64,000 nt of DNA from Candidatus Latescibacterota bacterium (GTDB lineage Bacteria; Latescibacterota; UBA2968), in NCBI GenBank assembly GCA_965208125.1, contig OZ242320.1, positions 5,216,001-5,280,000 of the forward strand, written 5' to 3'. The translations under genes were made by a program, and so were the position numbers. A model generated the notes under the pieces. It saw only the letters and a program-made list of their open reading frames with translations. It was not told where the DNA came from and ran no database searches. Shown one piece after another: positions 9,596-18,273 of this stretch (position 1 is the first letter of the stretch; the number at the start of each line of letters is the position of its first letter).

Positions 9596-10717
9596 CTATT
9601 TCTCACCCGAGTAATGGCGCACAGCATCCCAATCGAGTTCTATACCGAGACCCGGTGCAGTGGGAATAGTGAGCAATCCGTCTTCATCCAGTGAAAACGG
9701 CGTGGTGACAATATCTTCGATATAAGGCGATGGGGTAATATATTCGACCCAGCGCGCAATGGGGTGTGCGGCGGCCAGGTGGAGGTCTGCGAGGAGACCG
9801 ATAGCGGTGTTCCAGCCGTGTGTGACGACCAGAACATTGTGATCATACGCATACCATATCAGGCGGCGCACTTCAGAAATACCTCCCACTTTCGTGACAT
9901 CGGGCTGGATAATATCATACGCACCGCGCTCAATCCAGGGCATAAAACTCTGACGGCGAGTAAAAACTTCTCCACCGGCAATGCGGACAGGAGAATATTC
10001 TCGCAATTTGATGTGGCCCTCAATATCGTCGGGAGGGAGGGCTTCTTCAAACCAGGTGATATCGTAATCGCCGAGCATGCGAGCGGTTTCAATCGCCCAT
10101 TTGTAATTATGAGGCCAAAAAGCATCGCTGCCGCCCGCATCAACCATGAGTTCCACATCGGGACCACAGGTGTCCCGGGCGATTTTGATGAGGCGTTCAT
10201 CCATATGGCGGTCAACGCGCCCAAAAGCACCCCAGCCGAGTTTGAGCGCCCTGAAACCGCGGTCGAGCGCGTCTTGCAAAGTGTCGGAAAATGTTTCGGG
10301 ATCTTCAAAGAGAATCGAGCCGTAGGGTTTTATTTTTTTGCGATAATATCCTCCGAGCAAACGCCCAACGGGCTGCCCAGCCACTTTGCCCAAAATATCC
10401 CATAGCGCGATATCAACACCACTAATCGCATGTGTAACAGCACCTCCCCGTCCCTGCCAGAAGGTCATCTGGTGAAGTTTTTCAGATACGCGCTCGGGTT
10501 CCAGCGCGTTCTCCCCAATGATATTGGGGCGCAACAATCCCATCGCCCCATCGACTAATGCTTTGCTGGTAAAAACACTTCCAATACCGTTCACACCTTC
10601 ATCCGTCTGAACTTCGACCAGCGTATGCATATTTTCATCCGGCCCAGGCTCCACTGTCCAGCCCGTCATAGGCGTTTCTCCAAAAAGCGGAATCGTGCGA
10701 ACACCGGTGATTTTCAT
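9596..10717 (-). CDS. Mandelate racemase/muconate lactonizing (enolase superfamily) enzyme, probable sugar-acid dehydratase
   Basis: AISGVDIALWDILGK, metal ligands in MVDAG / WFEE / GGE, IIQPD, HGW, PGLGIELD. Confidence 0.88.
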   Translation of the reverse strand: MKITGVRTIPLFGETPMTGWTVEPGPDENMHTLVEVQTDEGVNGIGSVFTSKALVDGAMGLLRPNIIGENALEPERVSEKLHQMTFWQGRGGAVTHAISGVDIALWDILGKVAGQPVGRLLGGYYRKKIKPYGSILFEDPETFSDTLQDALDRGFRALKLGWGAFGRVDRHMDERLIKIARDTCGPDVELMVDAGGSDAFWPHNYKWAIETARMLGDYDITWFEEALPPDDIEGHIKLREYSPVRIAGGEVFTRRQSFMPWIERGAYDIIQPDVTKVGGISEVRRLIWYAYDHNVLVVTHGWNTAIGLLADLHLAAAHPIARWVEYITPSPYIEDIVTTPFSLDEDGLLTIPTAPGLGIELDWDAVRHYSGEK

Positions 10718-11904
10718 ACGTACTCCTTCAAGTATTCGGCTACTGCGCGTGCCACAATAACTTCTTCGTCGGTTTGGACGATCAGCACGGCAACCGCACT
10801 GTTAGATGCTGAGATCATCCCATCTGTGGGAGGATTGGCATTGGCGACCTCGTCGAGATAAACGCCTAAGTATTCGAGACCGTTACAGACGCGCTGGCGC
10901 ACATTTGCTCCTCGTTCGCCAATTCCCCCGGCAAAAGCAATTGCATCCAGACCGCCCAGTGCGGCGGTGCAAGCACCGATTTCTCTTTTGATCCCATAAC
11001 AAAATGCCTCCAGAGCGAGACGCGCACGCGCGTGCCCCTTTTGAGCGGCTTCTTCGAGATCGCGCACATCGCCGCTAATACCCGAAATGCCGAGCAAACC
11101 GCTTTCTTCTGACAGGATGCGGCTAATTTCGCTTGTCGATAAACTTTCGCGATCCATTATATAGGGAATAATGAACGGATCAATAGTTCCAATGCGCGTG
11201 CTATTGATGATGCCTGTTTGGGGCGAGAAGCCCATCGAGGTGTCTATAGATTGACCATTGCGCACCGCGCATAGAGAGGCACTCCCGCCGAGGTGGCAGG
11301 ATACCATGCGGAGATCCTCGCGGTTGAGTATTTGTGCCGTGCGTTGTGAAACGTAGCGATGGGACGCGCCGTGGAAGCCGTATTTGCGAACCCCGTATTT
11401 TTCATACCAGTCGTAGGGCACGCTGTAGATATAGGCATAATCGGGTATGTTGACGTGGAAGGCGGCTTCAAAAAGTCCAATCAGGGGCAAATTGGGAGCA
11501 CATTGCGCGAAAATGCGAATCGCCTGGATATAGGGCGGATTGTGGGCAGGTGCGAGGCTATTGTAGTCCGCCATGCGCTGCAAAATCTCTTCCTTGAGAA
11601 GATAAGTACCGGCTTTTCCGCGCATGTGAACGGTTTTGAACCCAACGGCATCGAGGTCAGACAAGTCGGAGATTACGCCGGCGCGCGCATCTGTCAAGCG
11701 CGCAATAACATCGCGGACAGCAGATGGATAATTCGGCAAGTGTTGTTCGGTTTCAACAGTGTATTCGCCAATCTGATGGGCAACGGGCGAAGACGAATCG
11801 CCGATGCGTTCGAGACGACCTTCGGCGAGCACCGCTTCATCGGTCATATCAAACAGACGGTATTTAAATGAAGTAGAGCCTGCGTTTGCAATGAGGATTT
11901 TCAT
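10714..11904 (-). CDS. ackA: Acetate/propionate kinase (BMC-associated)
   Basis: NAGSTSFKY, APAHNP, YGFHGASH, CHLGG, DTSMGFSP, ESGLLGISG, FAGGIGE. Confidence 0.92.
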   Translation of the reverse strand: MKILIANAGSTSFKYRLFDMTDEAVLAEGRLERIGDSSSPVAHQIGEYTVETEQHLPNYPSAVRDVIARLTDARAGVISDLSDLDAVGFKTVHMRGKAGTYLLKEEILQRMADYNSLAPAHNPPYIQAIRIFAQCAPNLPLIGLFEAAFHVNIPDYAYIYSVPYDWYEKYGVRKYGFHGASHRYVSQRTAQILNREDLRMVSCHLGGSASLCAVRNGQSIDTSMGFSPQTGIINSTRIGTIDPFIIPYIMDRESLSTSEISRILSEESGLLGISGISGDVRDLEEAAQKGHARARLALEAFCYGIKREIGACTAALGGLDAIAFAGGIGERGANVRQRVCNGLEYLGVYLDEVANANPPTDGMISASNSAVAVLIVQTDEEVIVARAVAEYLKEYV

Positions 11905-13124
11905 GGTGTGACTGTTTCAAGCCTCTGCAGGGGTTTATCGGCAATGGGCAAATGAACGAGCGATGAAGTCACAGCCAAGAGAATCGCGGCAATCCAAATC
12001 ATATCGTAAGACCCCGTTGCATCATACACGCGCCCGGCCAGCCACACGCCCAAAAAACTGCCGATCTGATGACTAAAAAAAACAATGCCATACAGCGTGG
12101 AAAGATAGCGCGAACCAAATATCTGCGCGACAGTGCCACTGGTTAGCGGAACGGTCGCAAGCCATAAGAACCCGATCGCGCTGCCAAACACAAGCGCAGA
12201 CGTATTTGTAACGGGTATGAACAGGAATCCGCTAATGACAATGGCGCGACCAAAATAAAGCAAACTCAAGAGATATTTTTTCCGATATCGGTCGCCGAGT
12301 TGCCCCGAAAGATAAGATCCAAAAATGTTAAAAAGGCCTATCAGGGATAACGCCGTTGCACCGACCATCTTTGAAAGACCGTGATCAGTCAGAAAAGCGG
12401 GCAGATGCGTGGCGATAAATGCCACGTGAAAACCGCACACAAAAAATCCCGCATTGAGCAACCAGTATCCCGAATGACCTCGCGCTTGAAGCAGTGCTTG
12501 AAGCAGACTGCCATCATGGGATTCAACGGTATTTGGAGACACCTCGCGCCCGCGATGTGGAATCCCAATAGCGAGCAAGGCACTCGCGCCCGCGATCAGG
12601 GCAATAAAAGCGAATGAAGATTGCCAGCCCAAATCAGAAAGAAGCCATTGAACACCCGGCACAATTGCAAACGTCCCGAAAGAACCCGCAGCAGTAATAA
12701 GCCCAAAAAACGAGGCGCGTTTTTCAGGTGCAACAACCTGAGCGACCGCACCGAGGACCACCACATAGGAAATGCTGCTGAGTGCGATGCCCATAAGTAC
12801 GCCGAGCACGGTGTACAGACCAAGAGGCGTACCGACAGAAGACAAAAGAAAAAAACAGACTGCATAGAGCAATGCGCCGCCAGCAACGACCCATCGCGGT
12901 CCAAAATGATCTGCTAAAATGCCCACTATGGGCAAACCAAAAATGAGGTTTTGCCAGGCGATGGCCAGGCTAAAGACTTCGCGTCCAATGCCGAGGTCCC
13001 GGCTGATCGGTGCCAAAAAAAGGCCAAAGGATTGGCGAATGCCCATGCTGACAAACACAATCAGGGCACTACAAAATATGACAATAGTCGCTTTGCGATT
13101 GGGCACTTCCCAGTCCCACCTCAT
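11901..13124 (-). CDS. MFS transporter (OFA/monocarboxylate-like)
   Basis: About 12 hydrophobic helices, GIRQSFGLF, GILADHFGPR (MFS motif A), GFFVCGFHV, HQIGSFLG. Confidence 0.85.
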   Translation of the reverse strand: MRWDWEVPNRKATIVIFCSALIVFVSMGIRQSFGLFLAPISRDLGIGREVFSLAIAWQNLIFGLPIVGILADHFGPRWVVAGGALLYAVCFFLLSSVGTPLGLYTVLGVLMGIALSSISYVVVLGAVAQVVAPEKRASFFGLITAAGSFGTFAIVPGVQWLLSDLGWQSSFAFIALIAGASALLAIGIPHRGREVSPNTVESHDGSLLQALLQARGHSGYWLLNAGFFVCGFHVAFIATHLPAFLTDHGLSKMVGATALSLIGLFNIFGSYLSGQLGDRYRKKYLLSLLYFGRAIVISGFLFIPVTNTSALVFGSAIGFLWLATVPLTSGTVAQIFGSRYLSTLYGIVFFSHQIGSFLGVWLAGRVYDATGSYDMIWIAAILLAVTSSLVHLPIADKPLQRLETVTP

Positions 13125-14413
13125 CTATGAACGACTGTCCCATATTCATTGGGGATTGGTCCGTCGTATTCCCAGGTTTCCCAGGGCGTATCTCGGTGCG
13201 ATTCCCGAACGATGGTTCGAATTTTCGCAACAATATCTGGATATTCAGTTGCGAGGTCATTTTGTTCGCCGATATCCGCTGCCAAATCGTAGAGTTCAAC
13301 AGCGCCTTCGGGATTGGCATGCCCCTCGGGTAAATACGCCTTCCAATCACCCAGACGAACAGCACTGACCCCACGCCGCTCCCAGTAGAGGAATTCGTGC
13401 GCTTGTTGGGTATCGCTACCCAGGAGTGCGGGCAACATAGAAATGCCATCAACCGGTTCCGGGACAGACGTATCAGCCAATTCGCAAAACGTGGGCAACA
13501 TATCCTGAAAACCCGAATAATGTGCGCTCGCAGTACCGGGTTGAATCGTTCCCGGCCACCGGGCGACAAAGGGCACGCGGATACCACCTTCGTAGAGGCT
13601 CCCCTTTTTTGCGCGAAGGGCACCTGCCGCGTTGAAGTGTTCAAGCGTATTGCCACTGCCGTGGGGACCGTTGTCGCTCGTGAAGATAACAAGCGTATTC
13701 TCGGCAATTCCGAGTGCGTCGAGCATATCCAAAAGCGTGCCAATATCGCGGTCCATGCGCGTAATCATAGCCGCCTGCGTTTTCTGATTTTCCGTCCAGG
13801 GCTTGTCTTTGTAAATATCGAGAGATGGAATTTCGAATCTGGTGTGGGGAATCGTATAGGCCAAATAGAGGAAAAAGGGATTGGATTGCTGATCGCGCAC
13901 AAATTGCAAAGCCTCAGCCGTGAGCAGGTCGTGTGAATACGATTTGCCGTAGAGCATAATCTTCTGATCGTTGCGCCAGAGGTGCTGGGGATAATACGTG
14001 TGGGCTTCGCGCTGGCAATTGTACCCAAAAAAGTGATCAAACCCCTGATTGTTGGGATCGCCTTCCGATCCCGGATACCCCAATCCCCATTTGCCAATAC
14101 AAGCAGTGGCATAACCGCCCTTTTTGAGCAATTTGGCAACCGTCTGTGTCTCCCCGGGAATGGGCACATTGCCCTCAATAGGCAAAGCGCGATTGTCCCG
14201 CACATAACAATGCCCCGTATGCAGACCCGTCATAAGCACACACCGCGAAGGCGCACATACCGAAGACCCTGCATAGTGATCCGTAAACCGAATGCCCTCT
14301 GCTGCGATGCGGTCAATATTGGGCGTATAAATAAACTCCTGCCCAAAACAACCCAGATCGCCGTAGCCGAGATCGTCCGAGAGGATATAGATGATGTTGG
14401 GCATTGCTTTCAT
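13121..14413 (-). CDS. Formylglycine-dependent (S1) sulfatase, no signal peptide
   Basis: PNIIYILSDDLGYGDLG, active-site CAPSR, LMTG, GKWGLG, SDNG, KGSLYEGGIRVP. Confidence 0.93.
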   Translation of the reverse strand: MKAMPNIIYILSDDLGYGDLGCFGQEFIYTPNIDRIAAEGIRFTDHYAGSSVCAPSRCVLMTGLHTGHCYVRDNRALPIEGNVPIPGETQTVAKLLKKGGYATACIGKWGLGYPGSEGDPNNQGFDHFFGYNCQREAHTYYPQHLWRNDQKIMLYGKSYSHDLLTAEALQFVRDQQSNPFFLYLAYTIPHTRFEIPSLDIYKDKPWTENQKTQAAMITRMDRDIGTLLDMLDALGIAENTLVIFTSDNGPHGSGNTLEHFNAAGALRAKKGSLYEGGIRVPFVARWPGTIQPGTASAHYSGFQDMLPTFCELADTSVPEPVDGISMLPALLGSDTQQAHEFLYWERRGVSAVRLGDWKAYLPEGHANPEGAVELYDLAADIGEQNDLATEYPDIVAKIRTIVRESHRDTPWETWEYDGPIPNEYGTVVHR

Positions 14414-15234
14414 TACTTCAACTCTTCCATAACCCTGCGAGTAATTTCCGCGATAAGGTCATCCTGGGAAGTTTGGGCAGGAGGGGTGCCGCCAGCACTC
14501 AACGTGCGAATCGTGGGAATGCCGCCATTAGTGGTAGGTTGAGTTGTGGATGCATCGGGAATTTCACACGCTGGATCGGGGCCGCGAAGACCCATGCGGT
14601 TGCGAATAGCGACCAGTTTTTCCACCTGATCCGCATTGAGTTCGTTATACCCACCGAGTTGTTGTGCCACAAAAAGTATTTTTGCAAAATGCTCCAGCGT
14701 TTCCATCTTGTAATAGGCATTCATCACATCGCTGCCAATAGTAGTCGCACCGTGATTTTCGAGCAAATAGGCGTCGTAATCTTTGACATATTGCCTGATC
14801 GGTTCAGATATCTCTGGTCCTCCCGGCGTACCGTATTCCACAATGGGTATGGCACCCAGTGTGATAATCACCTCGGGCAAAACACACATGGTAAGGGGAA
14901 CGCCTGCAACCGCAAAACCCGTAGCCGTTGGCGGATGCGCGTGTACCACAGCGCGCACATCGGGTCGCTCGCGATAGAGAAAAATGTGCATCCCAATTTC
15001 CGACGAAGGCCGCTTTTGCCCACTCACGAGTGTACCATCCATGTCAGTAATACAGAGATCTTCAACCTTGAGAAATCCCTTGGACATCCCCGTTGGCGTA
15101 GTGAGAATGCGATCTTCTTCAACCCGGCAGGAAATATTGCCATCGTTAGAAGCGACAAAGCCGCGTTCATACACGCGACGTCCGGCTTCAACAATATCGA
15201 GTTTGGCCTGATGGAGATTCATTTTATGTCTCAC
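14413..15234 (-). CDS. Class II aldolase (fuculose/rhamnulose-1-phosphate aldolase-like) with C-terminal encapsulation peptide
   Basis: DGNIS, TPTG, PSSE, HAHP, LENHG zinc motifs; low-complexity linker then DDLIAEITRRVMEELK. Confidence 0.9.
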   Translation of the reverse strand: MRHKMNLHQAKLDIVEAGRRVYERGFVASNDGNISCRVEEDRILTTPTGMSKGFLKVEDLCITDMDGTLVSGQKRPSSEIGMHIFLYRERPDVRAVVHAHPPTATGFAVAGVPLTMCVLPEVIITLGAIPIVEYGTPGGPEISEPIRQYVKDYDAYLLENHGATTIGSDVMNAYYKMETLEHFAKILFVAQQLGGYNELNADQVEKLVAIRNRMGLRGPDPACEIPDASTTQPTTNGGIPTIRTLSAGGTPPAQTSQDDLIAEITRRVMEELK

Positions 15235-15503
15235 TCCTTCATATCAATATCATCTACAACTCCGACGATAACGGAACGCACCGCAGGCAATTCCACATTG
15301 AGGACGAGACCTGCCGCGACTCCCTGGCGAATCACGAGTACAATTTCGCCGCGACCAACGCCCGTGGCGTCAACTGCAAGAGCCGATGCGCCGTCATCTT
15401 TGCCATCGGGCGTAATGGGCTGCACCACCATGAGTTTGGCACTTTTGTAATCGCTGTGTTTAATAGTCGATGTGACGCTACCGAGAACGCGGGCCAGGAA
15501 CAT
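15231..15503 (-). CDS. BMC pentamer (BMC-P, EutN/CcmL family)
   Basis: MFLARVLGSVTSTIK...AVDATGVGRGEIVL...IVGVVD. Confidence 0.92.
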   Translation of the reverse strand: MFLARVLGSVTSTIKHSDYKSAKLMVVQPITPDGKDDGASALAVDATGVGRGEIVLVIRQGVAAGLVLNVELPAVRSVIVGVVDDIDMKE

Positions 15504-15579
15504 ATAAAATTTGGGATTCGGGATTTAGCTACTTTCTCCCCTTCTTGTAAGGAGAGCCGGAGGGTAGGTCGCCTCAGGA

Positions 15580-15843
15580 TCAGGTATCAACCTGATCGAC
15601 AATACCGACAACTGCCGCGTCAACCGGACCGTATTTATCGGGCAAGGCGTTGGGAGCTTCTCGTGAACCGACCCAGTAGATGGTCTCGCCATCGCTGGCA
15701 TTGACCACATCAACCGCGACAAAAGCATCTCCTGCTTTTTTATGCTCGTGATCAATCGGTTCAACGACAAGCAGTCTAAAACCTTTGAGCGAGGTATCTT
15801 TGCGCGTTGCCCAAATTTTTCCAATGACGCGACCGAGGAACAT
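15580..15843 (-). CDS. BMC pentamer (BMC-P, EutN/CcmL family)
   Basis: MFLGRVIGKIWATRK...VAVDVV...PVDAAVVGIVD; start trimmed to ATG 15843 (RBS GAGGTG). Confidence 0.92.
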   Translation of the reverse strand: MFLGRVIGKIWATRKDTSLKGFRLLVVEPIDHEHKKAGDAFVAVDVVNASDGETIYWVGSREAPNALPDKYGPVDAAVVGIVDQVDT

Positions 15844-15866
15844 TTTCACCTCGCGTGATGCTGGAT

Positions 15867-17303
15867 TTATACAATTCTGAAGTAGTCGATAAGAGCACAG
15901 CGGCGCTGGCGGGTAAATGTGCGGGCAGACGTGCAACCTTCGCCTGTAGGTGTAGCAATCGAGAAAGACGTATAGCCCTCACCACCTGCGCCCAATCCCG
16001 CAGATGACGCGCCGTTTTTCACAAAAATCGTACATTTACACCGGCGAGCCATAACCGTCATATTCTCGACATTCTTAGAGTGCATGACCGCCGTGTGGCG
16101 ATACCCCTGTTCGGCTTGAATAGCCCAGTCTATCGCCCTGTACACATCGGGTGTGCGAACAATGGGAACAAACGGCATCATCTGCTCGTGTTGAACAAAA
16201 TCGTGCTCATTTTCAACCTCGCCAATCAAAAGCTCTGTATCGGGCGAAATATTGAGGCCAATTTGAGCAGCAAGCACATGCGCGCTGCGACCAACGAGAT
16301 CGCGGTTAAGCATCCAATCGCCTTTTTCGTCTCGAGGGAACGCGATATTGGTCAGTGCATCAATTTGCGAACGGTCGAGTTCCACACAATTATTTGCCTT
16401 CAGGTGGCGCATCAGGTCATCAGCCACGGCTTGAACTGCAAAAACTTCCTTTTCGCCAATGCACAAAATATTATTGTCAAAACCGCCGCCTTCAATAATG
16501 CCGAGGGCTGCCTTTTCGATATCGGCGGTCTCATCCACCACCACAGGTGGATTACCAGGACCGGCTGCGATCACGCGCTTGGGCGCTTGCATGGCTGCCT
16601 TGACAACGCCGCCACCACCGGTGACGAGAACGAGGTCAATACCCGGATGCACAAAAAGGCTCTGCGCCGTTTCTATAGAAGGTTCGCGCACAGCGACGAG
16701 CAAATTTGGTGGACCGCCCGCACCGACAATGGCGCGATTGAGCATTTGAAGACCCAGAGCCGAAACATCTTTTGCACTCGGATGAGGCGCAAAAACCGCA
16801 CTATTGCCCGCAGCGATAAAGCTAATTGCATTGTTGACCATCGTGGGCACCGGATGCGTGGATGGCGTGACAGCTGCAATCACGCCAAAGGGCGCCATTT
16901 CAACAACCGTCAAACCATTGTCGCCCGTCCACGCTGTGGGCTGCAAATCTTCAACACCAGGCGTGTGTTGTACAACAACCTCGAGTTTGCGAATTTTGTG
17001 CGGCACCTTGCCCATGCCGGTTTCTTCAACGGTTTTTTGCGCGATACCCTTTGAATGCGCCATAGATTCGCGGCGAATCGCAGCAATCAGATCGCGGCGT
17101 TGCTCCAAGCTCATTGCTTCAAGGGCACGCTGGGCTTCCGAAGCCGCAGCAATAGCTTCTTCGAGATCGTCAAAAAGGCCATCGTCGCCTTTGTTTTCAT
17201 AGCGAGCGGGCGGTGCAATAACCGCAGGAGCTTCGCGCTCAGCTACAAGGCGGCGCACAACCTGCTCAACCACCGATTGGATTTGGATTTCGTCTAAGTT
17301 CAT
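15867..17303 (-). CDS. CoA-acylating aldehyde dehydrogenase (EutE/PduP-like) with N-terminal encapsulation peptide
   Basis: PFGVIAAVTPSTHP, VTGGGGVV, AGPGNPPVVVDETAD, catalytic FDNNILCIGEKE, EQMMP, TPTGEG; N-terminal LDEIQIQSVVEQVVRRL. Confidence 0.93.
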   Translation of the reverse strand: MNLDEIQIQSVVEQVVRRLVAEREAPAVIAPPARYENKGDDGLFDDLEEAIAAASEAQRALEAMSLEQRRDLIAAIRRESMAHSKGIAQKTVEETGMGKVPHKIRKLEVVVQHTPGVEDLQPTAWTGDNGLTVVEMAPFGVIAAVTPSTHPVPTMVNNAISFIAAGNSAVFAPHPSAKDVSALGLQMLNRAIVGAGGPPNLLVAVREPSIETAQSLFVHPGIDLVLVTGGGGVVKAAMQAPKRVIAAGPGNPPVVVDETADIEKAALGIIEGGGFDNNILCIGEKEVFAVQAVADDLMRHLKANNCVELDRSQIDALTNIAFPRDEKGDWMLNRDLVGRSAHVLAAQIGLNISPDTELLIGEVENEHDFVQHEQMMPFVPIVRTPDVYRAIDWAIQAEQGYRHTAVMHSKNVENMTVMARRCKCTIFVKNGASSAGLGAGGEGYTSFSIATPTGEGCTSARTFTRQRRCALIDYFRIV

Positions 17304-17313
17304 AAGCAATAGA

Positions 17314-17400
17314 AGCTTTCAGCCATCAGCTTTCAGTTCCCCGCGCCACTCTCCAAAGGCAATACCTCGCTTGTTTTGCTGACTGCTGACCGCTGATAGC
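17314..17400. repeat. Intergenic element with inverted heptamer (TCAGC/GCTGA) ends, copy 1
   Basis: agctttcagccatcagctttcag ... ttttgctgactgctgaccgctgatagc; both ends match an inverted copy at 20761-20842. Confidence 0.75.
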
Positions 17401-17690
17401 TATTTTTGATAAACCGCTTCACCTTCGATTTCTGCCGTGTCGATAATAGCGACAATCACAGCATCGACAGGGCGATCTTCAGTCACACTCGTCATGCGGG
17501 CGGAACTCCCACTACAACAGAGCACAACTTCGCCATCGCCTGCACCAACAGCATCTACAGCGACCAAAAAACTTTCTTTGAGTTCGAATGCAGGCAAATC
17601 GAGCGTTTGGACGATCTGGAGCTTAAAACCCGCCAGACCGCTGTCTTTTTGGGTGGCAACCACCGTTCCCACCACCTTGCCGAGGGTCAT
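17400..17690 (-). CDS. BMC pentamer (BMC-P, EutN/CcmL family)
   Basis: GKVVGTVVATQKD...VAVDAVGAGDGEVVL..SGSSAR...PVDAVIVAIID. Confidence 0.93.
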   Translation of the reverse strand: MTLGKVVGTVVATQKDSGLAGFKLQIVQTLDLPAFELKESFLVAVDAVGAGDGEVVLCCSGSSARMTSVTEDRPVDAVIVAIIDTAEIEGEAVYQK

Positions 17691-17693
17691 AGT

Positions 17694-17978
17694 TTAGTCG
17701 TTTGAAGAGCCGATAGGCAGAATATTTTCAAGGCTACCATGTGGCCGCGGAATGACGTGTACGGAAACGAGTTCGCCAATTTTGCCAGCAGCAGCAGCGC
17801 CGGCTTCCGTTGCGGCTTTGACCGCTGCTACATCGCCGCGCACAATAGCAGTGACATATCCTGCGCCAATGCGTTCCCAATTGACAAATTGGACATTGGC
17901 GGCTTTGACCATCGCATCGGCAGCCTCAATCATAGCTACGAGACCTTTGGTTTCAATCATGCCGAGGGCTTCACCCAT
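17694..17978 (-). CDS. BMC hexamer (BMC-H, PduA/EutM-like)
   Basis: [26 protein letters not shown]...[10 protein letters not shown]...HVIPRPH. Confidence 0.96.
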   Translation of the reverse strand: MGEALGMIETKGLVAMIEAADAMVKAANVQFVNWERIGAGYVTAIVRGDVAAVKAATEAGAAAAGKIGELVSVHVIPRPHGSLENILPIGSSND

Positions 17979-18000
17979 GTTGTATCCTCCTGAAAAATGA

Positions 18001-18273
18001 TCATTGGGTAATAAAAATAACTGCTTCTACTTGTGGGTCGAGATTTGGAATGACGTGAGCGGAAATGAGATCTCCAACGCGCTCGGCAGCTTCGGTTCCC
18101 GCTTCGATAGCTGCGCGCACCGCGCCCACATCACCGCGCACGAATGTGGTGGTATATCCCGCACCGATTTTTTCGTACTTTTCAATTGAGACGGAAGCCA
18201 TCTTAGCCATCGCATCGGCAGCTTCTGTTGTGCCAATAACGCCGAGAGTTTCAATCATACCGAGTGCTGTCAT
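18001..18273 (-). CDS. BMC hexamer (BMC-H), divergent
   Basis: ALGMIETLG...EAADAMAK...[10 protein letters not shown]...HVIPN; start trimmed to ATG 18273, overlapping the pduL stop. Confidence 0.93.
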   Translation of the reverse strand: MTALGMIETLGVIGTTEAADAMAKMASVSIEKYEKIGAGYTTTFVRGDVGAVRAAIEAGTEAAERVGDLISAHVIPNLDPQVEAVIFITQ

